Shown: positions 11,432-22,925, counted from the stretch's first letter. The stretch is 64,000 bases of DNA from Malacoraja senta (GCA_038087875.1 CM075987.1:19408001-19472000); one strand, 5' to 3'. Made by a program: numbers and translations. Notes: generated from the letters alone by a model not told the origin.

Positions 11432-14082
11432 GTATATTGTTTTATGTCACTTTCTGTTATTATTATTGCTGGGTCACTTCTCTATGTACAATATGCAAGG
11501 TTAAAGCTCTGATTCATCACAGTGATGCTCGCCAGGTCAATACATCACTCAGCCTACTGGCCTCTCGAGCTCTTTCATCTTGTTTGTCCTCAGTGCTGTC
11601 TCTATCCATTCTCAACTTCAATAAGATTTTGACCAGAACCTATTCTACATTCACATCACATCATATCTCTTCCTTTAGCAAATGTTTCTGCCTCCAACTC
11701 ATCCCATATGGATTCCAACGGAAATTCTATCCTTTGCAATTCTACCCCTCTTAGAATCACAGGTATTCTCAAACTGTCCAATATCTCACGAGGTCACGTT
11801 CTCTTCACTTTCTCAGTCCGTACTCAATGTGATTCAAAAGGTTTGATGCACATAATACTATATTCAGGAACAGCTTCTTCCGCGGTGTCATCAGACTACG
11901 GTCCTACAATAAGCTGGGCTTCCAACCTACCTCAACACAGAACGTGCACTTATTATGCTGTAACACAATATTCTGCACTCTGGTACTTGATCTGTTGTAC
12001 TTGTGTAAGGCTTGATTATACTCCGATATAGTATGATTTAATTTGACTGGCAAGCATGTAAACTAAAAGCTTTTCACTGAATCTTGGCGCACATGTCAAT
12101 AACAATAACACATGCCAATAATATACCAATACTATGTATAGGCAGTGCATGCTCTTCAGCTCCCTCTGCAACAACACGACTCATTCTACCTCAAAGCTGT
12201 TGTCGTCTGCCTGTTCACTATTTTCAACTGAATTTAGTTCGTCAATTTTACTCCTTCTTCTCAGAGGTCAAAGGCTGTAAACTAACAGCTCTGGCACACC
12301 AACATCCCTCTCCCCTTTCACTTTCCTCACATCCCATCTCTGTTTCCCCCATCACGCCACTTGCTGTGTTTTCACCATCTGACCTTTCCTTCTCTGATCC
12401 CTCCATTGTTGATCTTGCCATTAGATCCATCACCGTGAACGTTGCTGGTTGAATGAGTGCATGTTGTTGAAGAGAGAGCTGAAGGCCATGGATTGCCAAC
12501 GCAGTGTTGGTTTATGCTTGTCATGTGTACCGAGATGGAATGAAAAGCTTTTAGTATGCATGCTACCCAGTCAAATCAAATCATCCTATACATGAGCACA
12601 ACAAGCCACGCACAAATTGGTGTCTTCAATGCTTGACATCAGCCTGCATTTCAAAGGATTTAAACTGCTGGCCCAGTGAAAGGCACTAAAATAATGCAGG
12701 TTTTCCCTTTTACCCCGCCCCCCCCCTCCCACACCCCCCTTTTACCCACCCTCTGTCTCCTTTAATCCATATTCCTCCCTCTGGCTTTACATTTCACTCT
12801 TCCTCATCTCTCTTTATCTGACATTTTTGTCTCCTTTTCACCATAGCCTTCGTGACCTACTCCACTCCTCTGCCAATTAACTCCCCTCACCTGTATCCAC
12901 CTATTACAGGCGTTGTCCTGTCCCCCCCTCCACTCCCCCCCCCTATTTCTCTTTTCCAACTTCTTCCCCACTGCTCCAATCAGACTGAAGAATCCCAACT
13001 CAAAAGGTAATTTGTTCACAAATACTGCCTGACCCGCTGAGTTTCTCCAGCATCTTGCGTCTCCAAAATAAAACAAGTTCCATTTTCTCTAACCAGATGG
13101 GCTAATTGACACAGATCCTAATTTTCCTTTGGTCTGTGTGCAACCAAGGCAACTTTAAAACTGACTGGATGGGAAAGTAGAATCGCACTAGATCCAGCCC
13201 GGGTTCAGCTACTGTGGCCAGCAGTTCCTCATGAAACAGCCAACATCTAGCCACTTGGAAGGAACTGAGTGAGTTGTGTTGTGCTAATGTGGTCAAGAAG
13301 TCTGATCATAACACGGCATCTGGTTCCGTGACCCTAACGCTAGTTAGATCTAGGGCTAAGAAAGGAAAAGGTAAGTTCAACTGTTTTCGTTGTTATTTTT
13401 GTTAGCTTATCAATTAATTATGAAAGGTTGAACACATTTCACTTTTAGAACACCATTAAATAGTTAGTGATCGAAATATGTAAATATTTTTTACATAATG
13501 CTAGGCATGACAGTCATTTGAAAACCTCAGTTAAGGGGCTGTTCCACTTGGGCGATCTAATTAGAAGAGTTTTAAAAAATGACATATAGAAGACCTCCTT
13601 CGACTATGTAGAAGACCAGCTTCGACTAGCTACGACTAACTTAGAGAAAATTGGACACCGAATAGTGGAGAGTGAAGACGACCTCCTTCGATCTCCCTTC
13701 TACTATGATGAAGACTATCTACGACTACCTTCGACTACCCTCGATTACCCAAGACTAACATTGCGTCCTACTACGACCTACTGTAGAGCCGTGCATGTTC
13801 CTTTAACATGGTGACCTCACTTCTACTAACCACTCCCCATTAGCTTCAGTATAAATGTAACCTTCCCACCCCTAGCTCGCTCTCTAGCTCCGGTAATGGA
13901 CAACGAACAGCTAGGGCAATATGTGTGTATACGAATGCAATGTATGCAATAAACTAGAGTGAAGACACCCTGTGTTTGGACAGTCTTTACATGGTGTCAG
14001 AAGTTAACCCTGCGTCTCCTGTTCATCGGGTTTGTTTTCTTTTCTCCAAGTGTTTATTTTCCTTTCCAACTATTTAAGTACT

Positions 14083-15000
14083 ATGGCCACCTCGTGTCGA
14101 AAGCCTGACATTCTGGTGTTTGACTCGGACATCGTCCACCGGTGGACTATTTTCCGGCGCGACTTCCAGCACTATGTCGCCATCGCTCATCCTAATATTA
14201 CCCCTGCGATTACAGCACATCTGCTCCTCAACCTGGCTGGCCCGGAGGCCATGGAACGTTCTGAATCTTTTGAGTACGCCGCTGGTGAGAATGCAGAGGA
14301 CCCCGTGTGTCTCATCAATAAATTTGCCGCGCTGTGTGACATTCCCACCAACTCCATTCTAGAGCGGTTCAAGTTTTTCAGCAGGCGCCAGAAACCCGGG
14401 GAGCACATCGATACCTTCGTGGCATCGCTGCGTCACCTGGCCCGGCGTTGCCACCTGGAGACGTTGACCGCCGATCAGTTGATCAGAGATGTCCTAGTTC
14501 ACGGTCTACAGGACGTGAAGCTACGGGCTGAGCTTCTGAGAAAGCCGGACCTCACTTTAAACGACGCTTTGCATGCCTCTCGCATGTCTGCTGCTGTCGA
14601 CGCCGTATCTCCCCCTGAAGCTGAGGACATTAACTATGCCGGTGCTGCTGGACGTCCGCGGCGCGATGGCCCGCCACGCCAGCGTAGCACCCCTGCGCCT
14701 GCAAGGGTCAACCCTCGCCGATGCCCAAACTGCAACTTTGTCAATCATCAATTTGATGTTTGCCCTGCTCTGGGCAAGATTTGTAATTTATGTAAGAAGC
14801 TTAATCACTTCTCCGCAGCGTGCCGTTCCAGGGGCCAGCCTGTCCCTGCTCCGAGAAAGAGTCTACACAGCCTGACTGCTACTGACATTGTTTATGACTC
14901 CGAATACCTTCCAGTCGAACTCCCTGATTCTGATAACAGCTCCTCCCATGATGAATCGCTTGTTTTTTTCAGTCCTGGGTGCACATGCTGTGATAGCTGA
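14083..15000 (+). CDS. gag: Gypsy Gag-like protein
   Basis: First ATG after the PBS. Capsid-like motif ERFKFFSRRQKPGEHIDTFVASLRHLARRC; two Cys/His knuckles CPNC..H....C and CNLCKKLNHFSAAC. Confidence 0.9.
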   Translation: MATSCRKPDILVFDSDIVHRWTIFRRDFQHYVAIAHPNITPAITAHLLLNLAGPEAMERSESFEYAAGENAEDPVCLINKFAALCDIPTNSILERFKFFSRRQKPGEHIDTFVASLRHLARRCHLETLTADQLIRDVLVHGLQDVKLRAELLRKPDLTLNDALHASRMSAAVDAVSPPEAEDINYAGAAGRPRRDGPPRQRSTPAPARVNPRRCPNCNFVNHQFDVCPALGKICNLCKKLNHFSAACRSRGQPVPAPRKSLHSLTATDIVYDSEYLPVELPDSDNSSSHDESLVFFSPGCTCCDS

Positions 15001-18000
15001 TCCATCAGTTCGAGTTACTGTGAATGGGATGACCTTCTCTGCTAAGGTAGATACGGGGGCGTTTACGAATATTATGTCGTTAAGTCTTTTTCAACAGATA
15101 AGAGCTGGTGAGAACATTACCGCTGATCACTCCCGCCTCCGTGCATATGGGGGGAGCATGCTATTCCCAGTCGGCAAGGCCACCCTTATCTGCTCAGTTC
15201 TGAAGGCCTCTCGGCCCCTCTCTTTCCTCCTGCTGGAATCTGAGAATGTTACTCTGTTGGGCGCCCGGGCGTGCCAGGACCTCGGTTTGGTGTCCTTCCA
15301 CCACGACATCCACCCGGTGCAGACCCCCATGGATCCCATGTGCGAGTACCCCGACCGTTTTGACGAAGTATTGGGCAAACTACCTTGCAAGTACGAAATC
15401 GAGGTGGACCCGGAGGTCCATCCGATAGTCCGCCCTCCTCACCGCGTCTCCTTTGCTATGAAGGACAAGGTGGAGTCCACTCTACGCCAGATGGTGGCCA
15501 TGGGCATCATCAAGGAAGTGAGCGATGCCACCCGGTGGGTCTCCACCATGGTCGTTGCTGCTAAGAAGGACAAGAGTGAGATTCGGATCTGTATCAACCC
15601 CAAGGACCTAAACCTTGCCATCAAGCGCCCGCACTACCCCATGCGAACGATGGAGGATGTCGCTGCAAAGGTTGGCCCGGCCACTGTATTCTCTGTCCTC
15701 GATGCCAAGAACTCTTTCTGGCAGATTCCGCTGGATGAACGTTCATCTTTACTGACCACGTTTGGTACACCTTTCGGCAGGTTCCGTTTCCTCCGCATGC
15801 CTTTCGGGATCAATTCTGCCAGCGAGGTTTTCCAGCGCACCATGGAGCAGCTATTTGCAGGTCTGCCATGTGCTATCATCGTTGATGACATCTTGGTGTA
15901 CGGGAGGGACGTCGCTGAGCACGACCTCCACCTCCGTCTGGTCCTGGATCGGGCTCGGGAAATCAACCTCAAACTGAACCCCAAGAAGTGCCGTTTCCGC
16001 GTCCCGGAGGTCACCTACGTGGGCCACGTTTTTACGGCCGAGGGTCTGAAACCAGACCCACAGAAGACAGCTGCGGTCTCAGAGATGCCAGCTCCGGTCG
16101 ACGTGCCAAGCCTGCAACGCTTCTTGGGCATGATGAACTATCTGGGGAAATTTATTCCCGACCTCAGCGAGCTGAGTGCGCCCCTGAGGGAACTGACCAA
16201 GGTGGACACTGCCTGGGTTTGGTACCCGCTACATCAGGCAGCCTTCGATGACTTGAAATCCCGGCTGGTTCGCGCCCCCACTCTGAAGTTCTTCGACTTA
16301 AAGCGCCCTATCGTCATTACCTGCGATGCATCAAGTTTCGGTCTCGGTGCCGCCTGCCTGCAGATCCACGACCGCCTGCAGCTCCCTGTCTCCTACGCCT
16401 CCCGCACCATGACCCCAACCGAGCAACGCTACGCTCAGATCGAGAAAGAGCTCCTTGCCGTGGTGTTTGCCTGCTCGAAGTTCAGGGACTACATTATAGG
16501 TAACACCTTCACTATCGAAACCGACCACCAGCCGCTGGTCACGATCTTAAACAAACCGATCCACGTTGCCTCTTCCCGTTTGCAGCGCATGATGCTGCAA
16601 CTCCAACGCTTCACGTTTCAAATCGTGTACCGCAAGGGCAAGGACATGTTTGTGGCCGACACGCTGTCCCGCGCACCGCTGGCTTCTACAGCCCGCCACC
16701 CATACGAGTCATCCGACCTGATGGTGCTAAACGTCAACTTCATGCCCTCCCAGCAGTTGCAGTCCCTGATTCACCACACCGCCAATGATCCTGCCCTGCA
16801 ACAGCTTATAGACGTCATCCGTCGCGGCTGGCCTGACCGTCGCTCACCCTTGCCGGCTGGTGCTGCGCCCTACTTCCTAGTCCGGGACGAACTTGTGCTG
16901 CAGGGAGGCGTGGTGGTGAAGGGCCACAAGGTTGTGGTGCCTGCCGCTCTGCGGGACCACTATTTCCAAACTGCCCACAACGGCCATCCCGGTGCCGATG
17001 CCACCCTGTCCCAGGCCCAGAGCCAATTTTATTGGCCCAGCATGGCACAGGACATCCGGGAGAGGGTCTCTGCCTGCTCCACCTGCAATACCCTCTCTCC
17101 CCACCAGCAACGCCAGCCACTCCTGCAACAGCCTGCCCCCGCCCTGGCGTGGATGGCGGTCGCTACGGACATATTTGAGTGGCGTGGCAAACATTTCCTG
17201 GTCCTGGTCGACTCTTACTCCAGCTGGTTCGAGATCAAGCGTCTGCACTCCCTCACTTCTGCTGCGGTCATCGGGACGTTGCAACCCCTCTTTGCAACCT
17301 TTGGCATTCCTGTGACTGTGCAGTCTGACAACGGGGGCCAGTTCACGAGTGCTGAGTTCCGCGCATTCGCCGCCGCCTACAACTTTCGCCACATCACCAG
17401 CAGCCCGGAGTACCCGCAGAGCAACGGCCTTGCTGAGCGCGCCGTCCGCAGTGCCAAGGAGCTGCTGGAACATTGCAGACTGTCGCATTCGGATTTTTAT
17501 CTCGCTCTACTGAATCTCCGAAATATTAGTCGCGACCCTGCCATGGGCTCACCGGCTCAACGGCTCATGTCCCGCACCACTCGCCCTCCAATCCCTGTCT
17601 CCCAGCGGTCGCTACGGCCCGCAGTCCGCAGCCCTGCTGCCGTCCAGAAGCGTATTACCCAGAAACAGGTCGTCCAGAAGCGCTCCCACGACAAGTCATG
17701 CCGTCCCCTTCAGCCCCTCTTCGAGGGCCAGGTCGTCCGGATGCAGTCCCCCTCCGGACACCACCGCTTGGCTGTTGTCGTCGGCTTTGCCGACTCTCCG
17801 CGCTCTTACCTGGTTGACTACGAGGGCACAATCTACCGCCGGTCCCGCCAGCATTTGCTGCCGGTCAACGAGCCCGCTCCGCATCCCGCTGCTCCTCCTG
17901 GCCCCCCCCATCAGCCATCTCCCGCTCGCGTGCCCGTTGCGGTGCCCTTGTCTCCTCCCCGGTCTCCTCGTTCTCCCCCTCCTGCTCACTCCCCTTTCGG

Positions 18001-18121
18001 TTCACCTGTCGCCGCTCCTGCCCCGGTGCCCACTCTACCTTCGAAGGGGGGGGGAGGCGGGCTGCATACCCGCTTCGGGCGTCTGGTCAAGCCGCCTGAA
18101 CGTTACGGGGAGTTTGCTTAA
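14888..18121 (+). CDS. pol: Gypsy Pol (protease, reverse transcriptase, RNase H, integrase)
   Basis: Protease KVDTGA; RT LDAKNSFWQ, RMPFGI, IVDDIL; RNase H CDAS..GLGA, YAQIEKELLA, TDHQPL, ADTLSR; integrase H..H..C..C, DIF, SDNGGQF, SNGLAERAVR. No stop over 1077 codons. Confidence 0.96.
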   Translation: MFMTPNTFQSNSLILITAPPMMNRLFFSVLGAHAVIADPSVRVTVNGMTFSAKVDTGAFTNIMSLSLFQQIRAGENITADHSRLRAYGGSMLFPVGKATLICSVLKASRPLSFLLLESENVTLLGARACQDLGLVSFHHDIHPVQTPMDPMCEYPDRFDEVLGKLPCKYEIEVDPEVHPIVRPPHRVSFAMKDKVESTLRQMVAMGIIKEVSDATRWVSTMVVAAKKDKSEIRICINPKDLNLAIKRPHYPMRTMEDVAAKVGPATVFSVLDAKNSFWQIPLDERSSLLTTFGTPFGRFRFLRMPFGINSASEVFQRTMEQLFAGLPCAIIVDDILVYGRDVAEHDLHLRLVLDRAREINLKLNPKKCRFRVPEVTYVGHVFTAEGLKPDPQKTAAVSEMPAPVDVPSLQRFLGMMNYLGKFIPDLSELSAPLRELTKVDTAWVWYPLHQAAFDDLKSRLVRAPTLKFFDLKRPIVITCDASSFGLGAACLQIHDRLQLPVSYASRTMTPTEQRYAQIEKELLAVVFACSKFRDYIIGNTFTIETDHQPLVTILNKPIHVASSRLQRMMLQLQRFTFQIVYRKGKDMFVADTLSRAPLASTARHPYESSDLMVLNVNFMPSQQLQSLIHHTANDPALQQLIDVIRRGWPDRRSPLPAGAAPYFLVRDELVLQGGVVVKGHKVVVPAALRDHYFQTAHNGHPGADATLSQAQSQFYWPSMAQDIRERVSACSTCNTLSPHQQRQPLLQQPAPALAWMAVATDIFEWRGKHFLVLVDSYSSWFEIKRLHSLTSAAVIGTLQPLFATFGIPVTVQSDNGGQFTSAEFRAFAAAYNFRHITSSPEYPQSNGLAERAVRSAKELLEHCRLSHSDFYLALLNLRNISRDPAMGSPAQRLMSRTTRPPIPVSQRSLRPAVRSPAAVQKRITQKQVVQKRSHDKSCRPLQPLFEGQVVRMQSPSGHHRLAVVVGFADSPRSYLVDYEGTIYRRSRQHLLPVNEPAPHPAAPPGPPHQPSPARVPVAVPLSPPRSPRSPPPAHSPFGSPVAAPAPVPTLPSKGGGGGLHTRFGRLVKPPERYGEFA

Positions 18122-19152
18122 ATGTTTTAAGTTTTTTTCCTGACGATGTACGCGCGGGTTTGTGCCTAGCGTATGAGTCGTGGTCTCACTGTCATCATTG
18201 CTATGTTTCCCTTTTCAAGGGGAAGGATGTAGAGCCGTGCATGTTCCTTTAACATGGTGACCTCACTTCTACTAACCACTCCCCATTAGCTTCAGTATAA
18301 ATGTAACCTTCCCACCCCTAGCTCGCTCTCTAGCTCCGGTAATGGACAACGAACAGCTAGGGCAATATGTGTGTATACGAATGCAATGTATGCAATAAAC
18401 TAGAGTGAAGACACCCTGTGTTTGGACAGTCTTTACACCTACTACGACCTACTACGACTAAACCTACGAGTAAAAAAAGTATAGATTTTTTCCATGGCGA
18501 CCTTTTTTTACTCGCGGGCATTTTTTATCATATTGAAAAAACGCCGCGACCTAGCTGAGGCCTCTAGTACGCGGAGACCACTCTCGAGCATGAAGGAGAG
18601 TTACGAAGACCTCCTACGACCATGCTGCGAGTATGAGTCGAGGGCAAACTCGCCAGAACTCGCGGATTAGGTCGCCCAAGTGGGACAGGCCCTTTAGGCA
18701 GCACAAGAGTGTAGTTAGCCAGTTACTGCCTCATTGTTCTGGCGTTGAAACACGGAACTGTAGATGCTGGTGTACGAGAAAAGACACACAGTGCTGGATT
18801 AACTCAGCAGTTCAGGCAGCATCTCTGGAGAACATGGAAAGGTGATGTTTCAAGTCAGGATCCTTCTTCAGACCTTTCGGGTCGAGAAATTTCTTCTGAA
18901 TTGATTCAGACCCGATTGGCAGGTAAATTAAGTGTGTAGGTGAGTGGTAGATTCTGGAGAGGTAGTTGATGGGAATCAAGTGGGATTAGTGAGACGCAAG
19001 AGACTACAGATGCTGGAGTCTTGAGCAAACATATAGTGCTGGAGGAACTCAACAGGTCAGGCAGCATCAGTGGAAGGAAAAGGACAGATGACTTTTCAGG
19101 ACCCTTCAATCAGACTGATTGGAGGAAGAGAGAAAAAGCAGGAAATTAGAGG

Positions 19153-19538
19153 TTCTTCTTCTTCTTCTTGTAGGATTCCGGCAGTGTAGACGCTGCTAAG
19201 CGTATTACTGCCCTCCACAGGTCAAAGTTTGAACTAAATTCTTACATACAGTCCTGTAACTTGCAGGAATTGAAGAACAGCCCTGGATATCAGTTGATGT
19301 TTCTCATTGTGTCCAAACAAAGATAAAACAGAAAAAGCCTCAACTCCAAGTCCTGTCAGTCTAACAAACAATACTTTTCTTTCTACCCTATACTTTTTAC
19401 ATTCTAGGAAAACATGCTTAACTGTCTCATTACTCCCACATTCACACAAGCCAGAAACATGTTTCCCTACAATGCACAAATAGTAATTTAACCCACAGTG
19501 TCCCAACCTCAATCTACACAGTTTAACTGAGTCCCTAC
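19153..19538 (-). mobile_element. 5'-truncated I-group (Nimb-like) LINE
   Basis: ORF end RLRLGHCGLN..CECGSNETVKHVFLEC (C-terminal Cys/His motif), (AAG)n tail, and 12-bp TSD GGAAATTAGAGG (19141-19152, 19539-19550). Confidence 0.85.
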
Positions 19539-21217
19539 GGAAATTAGAGGCTGGGGTGGGGCAAAGCATTACAAGTGTTAGATACGTCAGGGTGGGGGTG
19601 ATTGTCAGAGGGTGGAGTAAGTGACATGGGCTAGAGGTGAAAAGACAAAAGGGTGTCGGATGAGGAGAAAAGATGAATGAAATGTAAAGGGAGTTAATGT
19701 AAAAGGGTGAGGCAGACTCATTGGGCCAAAGGGCCTGTTTCTCTGCTGTATGGCTATGATTTTAAAGCCCTATGGGCTACAAAAATTGAGGCTCCAGCCC
19801 AATCTTGTCTCCTGTCAAAGTCTGACATTGGGTTCTGGGGATAGGGCTTCTATGGTTCACCAGCTGAGGCCATCCTACCTTCAGCTCCAGGCTCAGGGGC
19901 CACTGTGGAGAGGGCGAGGGCAGGTCTGGGTGGCAGGCCACACCAAGGACAGGTCAACCGATTATTTGCAGCGATCGCTCTAAAAATAAAACACGAACAG
20001 AATTTATTAAAAAATAATGCTGGATAGGAATAGATTCAATTTCGTGATAAATCAGAGGTCAATTACATGAATGAATCATGGCAGCTGAATTACTCTGTGA
20101 TATTATATCACACTTAATTGGTAATGCCACAATTTATTTCATTATTTCTCTAATGTTAGGCAGAATCCTCAGCCTGAAGTCCTGAAGATTTACAGGGAAT
20201 TGTACAGTGATGTGGAGGATTTTAATATGACTACCGCTGGAGGGGAACATTAAGCACATACGCACATGTTGCGCACAAATATGAGCCCTTAACGACTTTC
20301 CCATTGCCCCAGGATAAGGACCATGGAACAGGATCGTCCAGGATCTTGCCAGTCAGCCCATCCTGTAAACATTATTTTCAAACTACATCCTGGTATGTCC
20401 TGGCCCTTTCTTTTCTCAGATCCCTGCATTTTTTTTCCTTCAACAATTTATCCCATTTCCTTTTGAAAGATGCCACTCAATCTGCTTCCTTCTTCAGGAA
20501 GTACATTACAAATCCCCAGCAAAAGTAAAGAACAATTCCCTCAAGATGCCATTGTTTTGCCAATCTCCTTAAATCCAGGGAGGCACAAATGAACCGCAGA
20601 TGCTGGAATTCTGAGCAAAGCACAAAGTGTTGGAGAAACTCAGTTGACCAGACAGTATCTGCGGAGTGAATGGATAGGTGACATTTCGAGTCAGACCCTT
20701 CTCCAGTCCGAAGAACTGTTGCATGCCCATTAAAGTCTGGGTTGCTCCGAAGAAAATAGAATTGGGTTTGCAGTTCCCTCTCAGTGTTAGAAGATCAGTT
20801 TTATTGTTTGCCTGGGAATGAATCCCCCGAATCGTAAACGTCTGTCATTGTCGTATTAATCTTCACTGCCATTTCATAAACTATGAAAAAATTGATCTAT
20901 GTGCAGAAAGTTTAAATCATGGTTCAATATGATGTTACTAAAATAAAGCTTCTTTATCCTCTCAACAAAAACATATGGATGGTATAGTGTCTATGCAATT
21001 AATCAATCTAACCTTTGCGATGAATAAAAGCTCCCATCGTTCAAATAAATTTAACAGACAGCCATTCAATAAGATAGAGGTTTGGCTATGGATAATATAG
21101 ACGAGGTTTATGGAGGTTGAATGGGAATTTTCAATACAGGGTGAGACTCCCTTCCATAGATCTTACACCACGCATAATCCAAGCTGATTCCATCTAATCC
21201 AGTCTAACCTAATCTAC

Positions 21218-22160
21218 GGTACACAAAAATGCTGGAGAAACTCAGCGGGTGCAGCAGCATTTATGGAGCGAAGGAAATAGGTAACGTTTCGGGCCGAAAC
21301 CCTTCTTCAGACTGATAGGGGGTGGGGAGAAGAAAGGAAAAAAGGAAAAAGGCGGAGGAGGAGCCCGAGGGCTGGGGGAGGGGAGGAGACAACCAGATGG
21401 CTGATGAAGGGGAGGGGACAGCAAGGGCTAGCAAAATTGGGAGAATTCAATGTTCAAGCCCCCAGGATGTAGACTGCCCAAGCGGAATATGAGGTGCATT
21501 TCCTCCAATTTACGGTGTTGCTCGCTGTGGCCATGGAGGAGACCCAGGACAGAGAGGTCAGATACGGAATGGGAGGGGGAGTTGAAGTGCTGAGCCACCG
21601 GGAGTTCAGGTTGGTTATTGCGGACCGACCGGAGGTGTTCGGCGAAACGATCGCCAAGCCTCCGCTTGGTCTCACCGATGTAGATCAGCTGGCATCTAGA
21701 GCAGCGAATGCAATAGATGAGGTTGGAGGAGATGCAGGTGAACCTCTGTCGCACCTGGAACGACTGCTTGGGTCCTTGAATGGAGTAGAGGGGGGGAGGT
21801 GAAGGGACAAGTGTTGCATCCCTTGCGGTTGCAAGGGAAAGTACCAGGGGAGGGAGGGGGTGGTATGGGAGGGAAGGGAAGAATTGACAAGGGAGTTACG
21901 GAGGGAGCGGTCTTTGCGGAAGGCAGACATGGGGGGAGATGGGAAGATGTGGCGAGTGGTGGGGTCACGTTGGAGGTGGCGAAACTGACGGAGGATCACT
22001 TGTTGTATGTGACGGCTGGTGGGGTGAAAGGTGAGGACTAGGGGGACTCTGCCCTTGTTGTGAGTGGGGGGATGGGGAGAGAGCAGTGTTGCGGGGTATG
22101 GCAGAGACCCTGGTGCGAGCCTCATCTATGGTGGAGGAGGGGAACCCCCGTTCCCTGAAG
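21218..22160 (-). mobile_element. 5'-truncated Penelope-like element (RT C-terminus, GIY-YIG endonuclease, pLTR tail)
   Basis: NLIYCIRC..C..IYIGETKRRLGDRFAEH...HFN...E..LIFRLGSLHPGGLN (21428-21754) and RVPLVLTFHP upstream, with frameshifts. 12-bp TSD AACCTAATCTAC (21206-21217, 22161-22172). Confidence 0.93.
21278..21316 (-). ncRNA. Minimal hammerhead-ribozyme-like motif in the Penelope pLTR
   Basis: Minus strand reads cagt-CTGAAGA-a-GGG-tttcgg-CCC-GAAA-cgtTA-cc: CUGANGA and GAAA boxes around a short stem II. Stem I pairing is weak. Confidence 0.55.
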
Positions 22161-22609
22161 AACCTAATCTACTCCTGGCTAAATTAGTAAATCCAAAGTA
22201 ACCATGCATTGTCTGATTATAAAACTTGTGCAAACCTGTGGTGTGCATTTGTCGAGCAACAATACACATCATCTTGTTGACAAGACAACTTTGTAATGAA
22301 GGCAATGGGACAGGTTTCTCTCATTTTAGATGCAAAGTCTCCTGGAGAGGTGCCAGACTACTAAGTGTGTTAATTAATCACACGCCTGACAGTGGCATTT
22401 GTCTCACTTTAAGAATATAATTCACCTTGCTGGGAGAGCAGGCCGATTAAAATCATAACTGATTTTGAAAAACGAAAATAAGCAGATGCTGGAAATCTAA
22501 TTTAAAATGTTGCCTGACCTGCTGAATGATTCCGACACATTTTCATTTTATTACATAACTGATCACGATGTGTGTCATACAAGTAATTGTAAGTATGTTT
22601 TTGTTTGAA

Positions 22610-22925
22610 AAATACAATATGGAAACAGGCTCTTTGGTGCACAAAGTCTATGTTGCCCATCAATCACCCATTCACACTCATTCTATGTCATCCTACTGTA
22701 GCATCATCCACTCCCTACACACTAGGGTCAGTTTACAGAGGCCAATTAATCTACAAACGTCACGTCTTTGGGATGTGGGAAGAAACTGAAGCACCGGGAG
22801 GAAACCCACAGGGATCACGTGGAGAGCATGCAAACTCCACACGGACAACGCTCGATGTCAGGATGGAACCCGGGTCTCAGGTGCTGTGAGGCAGTACTTG
22901 TAACAGGTGTGTCACTGTGCCACCC
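22610..22925 (-). mobile_element. HE1-like SINE
   Basis: Reverse-complement match to the SINE at 24702-24995. Confidence 0.75.

Larger units (their letters stand above)
13782..18437 (+). mobile_element. Full-length young Ty3/Gypsy LTR retrotransposon (Mag-like), 4656 bp
   Basis: 210-bp LTRs 13782-13991 and 18228-18437 (TG..CA, no difference seen by eye, each with TATAAA and AATAAA). 5-bp TSD CCTAC. PBS TGGTGTCAGAAGT at 13992 is complementary to tRNA-Leu; PPT AAGGGGAAGGA at 18217-18227. Domain order PR-RT-RH-IN. Confidence 0.97.
13534..18693. mobile_element. PIF/Harbinger-like MITE (~500 bp of its own sequence) split by the Gypsy insertion
   Basis: TIRs AGGGGCTGTTCCACTTGGGCGATCTAAT and ATTAGGTCGCCCAAGTGGGACAGGCCCT, TTA on both flanks (13531-13533, 18694-18696). 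Internal ctacga-type microrepeats continue across the Gypsy insertion. Confidence 0.8.

Noticed and set aside
13600..13781. ctacga/cttcga repeats as a CRISPR-like array or satellite
   Set aside because: Degenerate microrepeats with no unique spacers, inside a TIR element in a vertebrate genome.
15127..17989. Antisense and alternate-frame ORFs in Gypsy pol, including a possible env
   Set aside because: Shadows of GC-rich coding sequence; only ~100 bp separate the pol stop from the 3' LTR, leaving no room for env.
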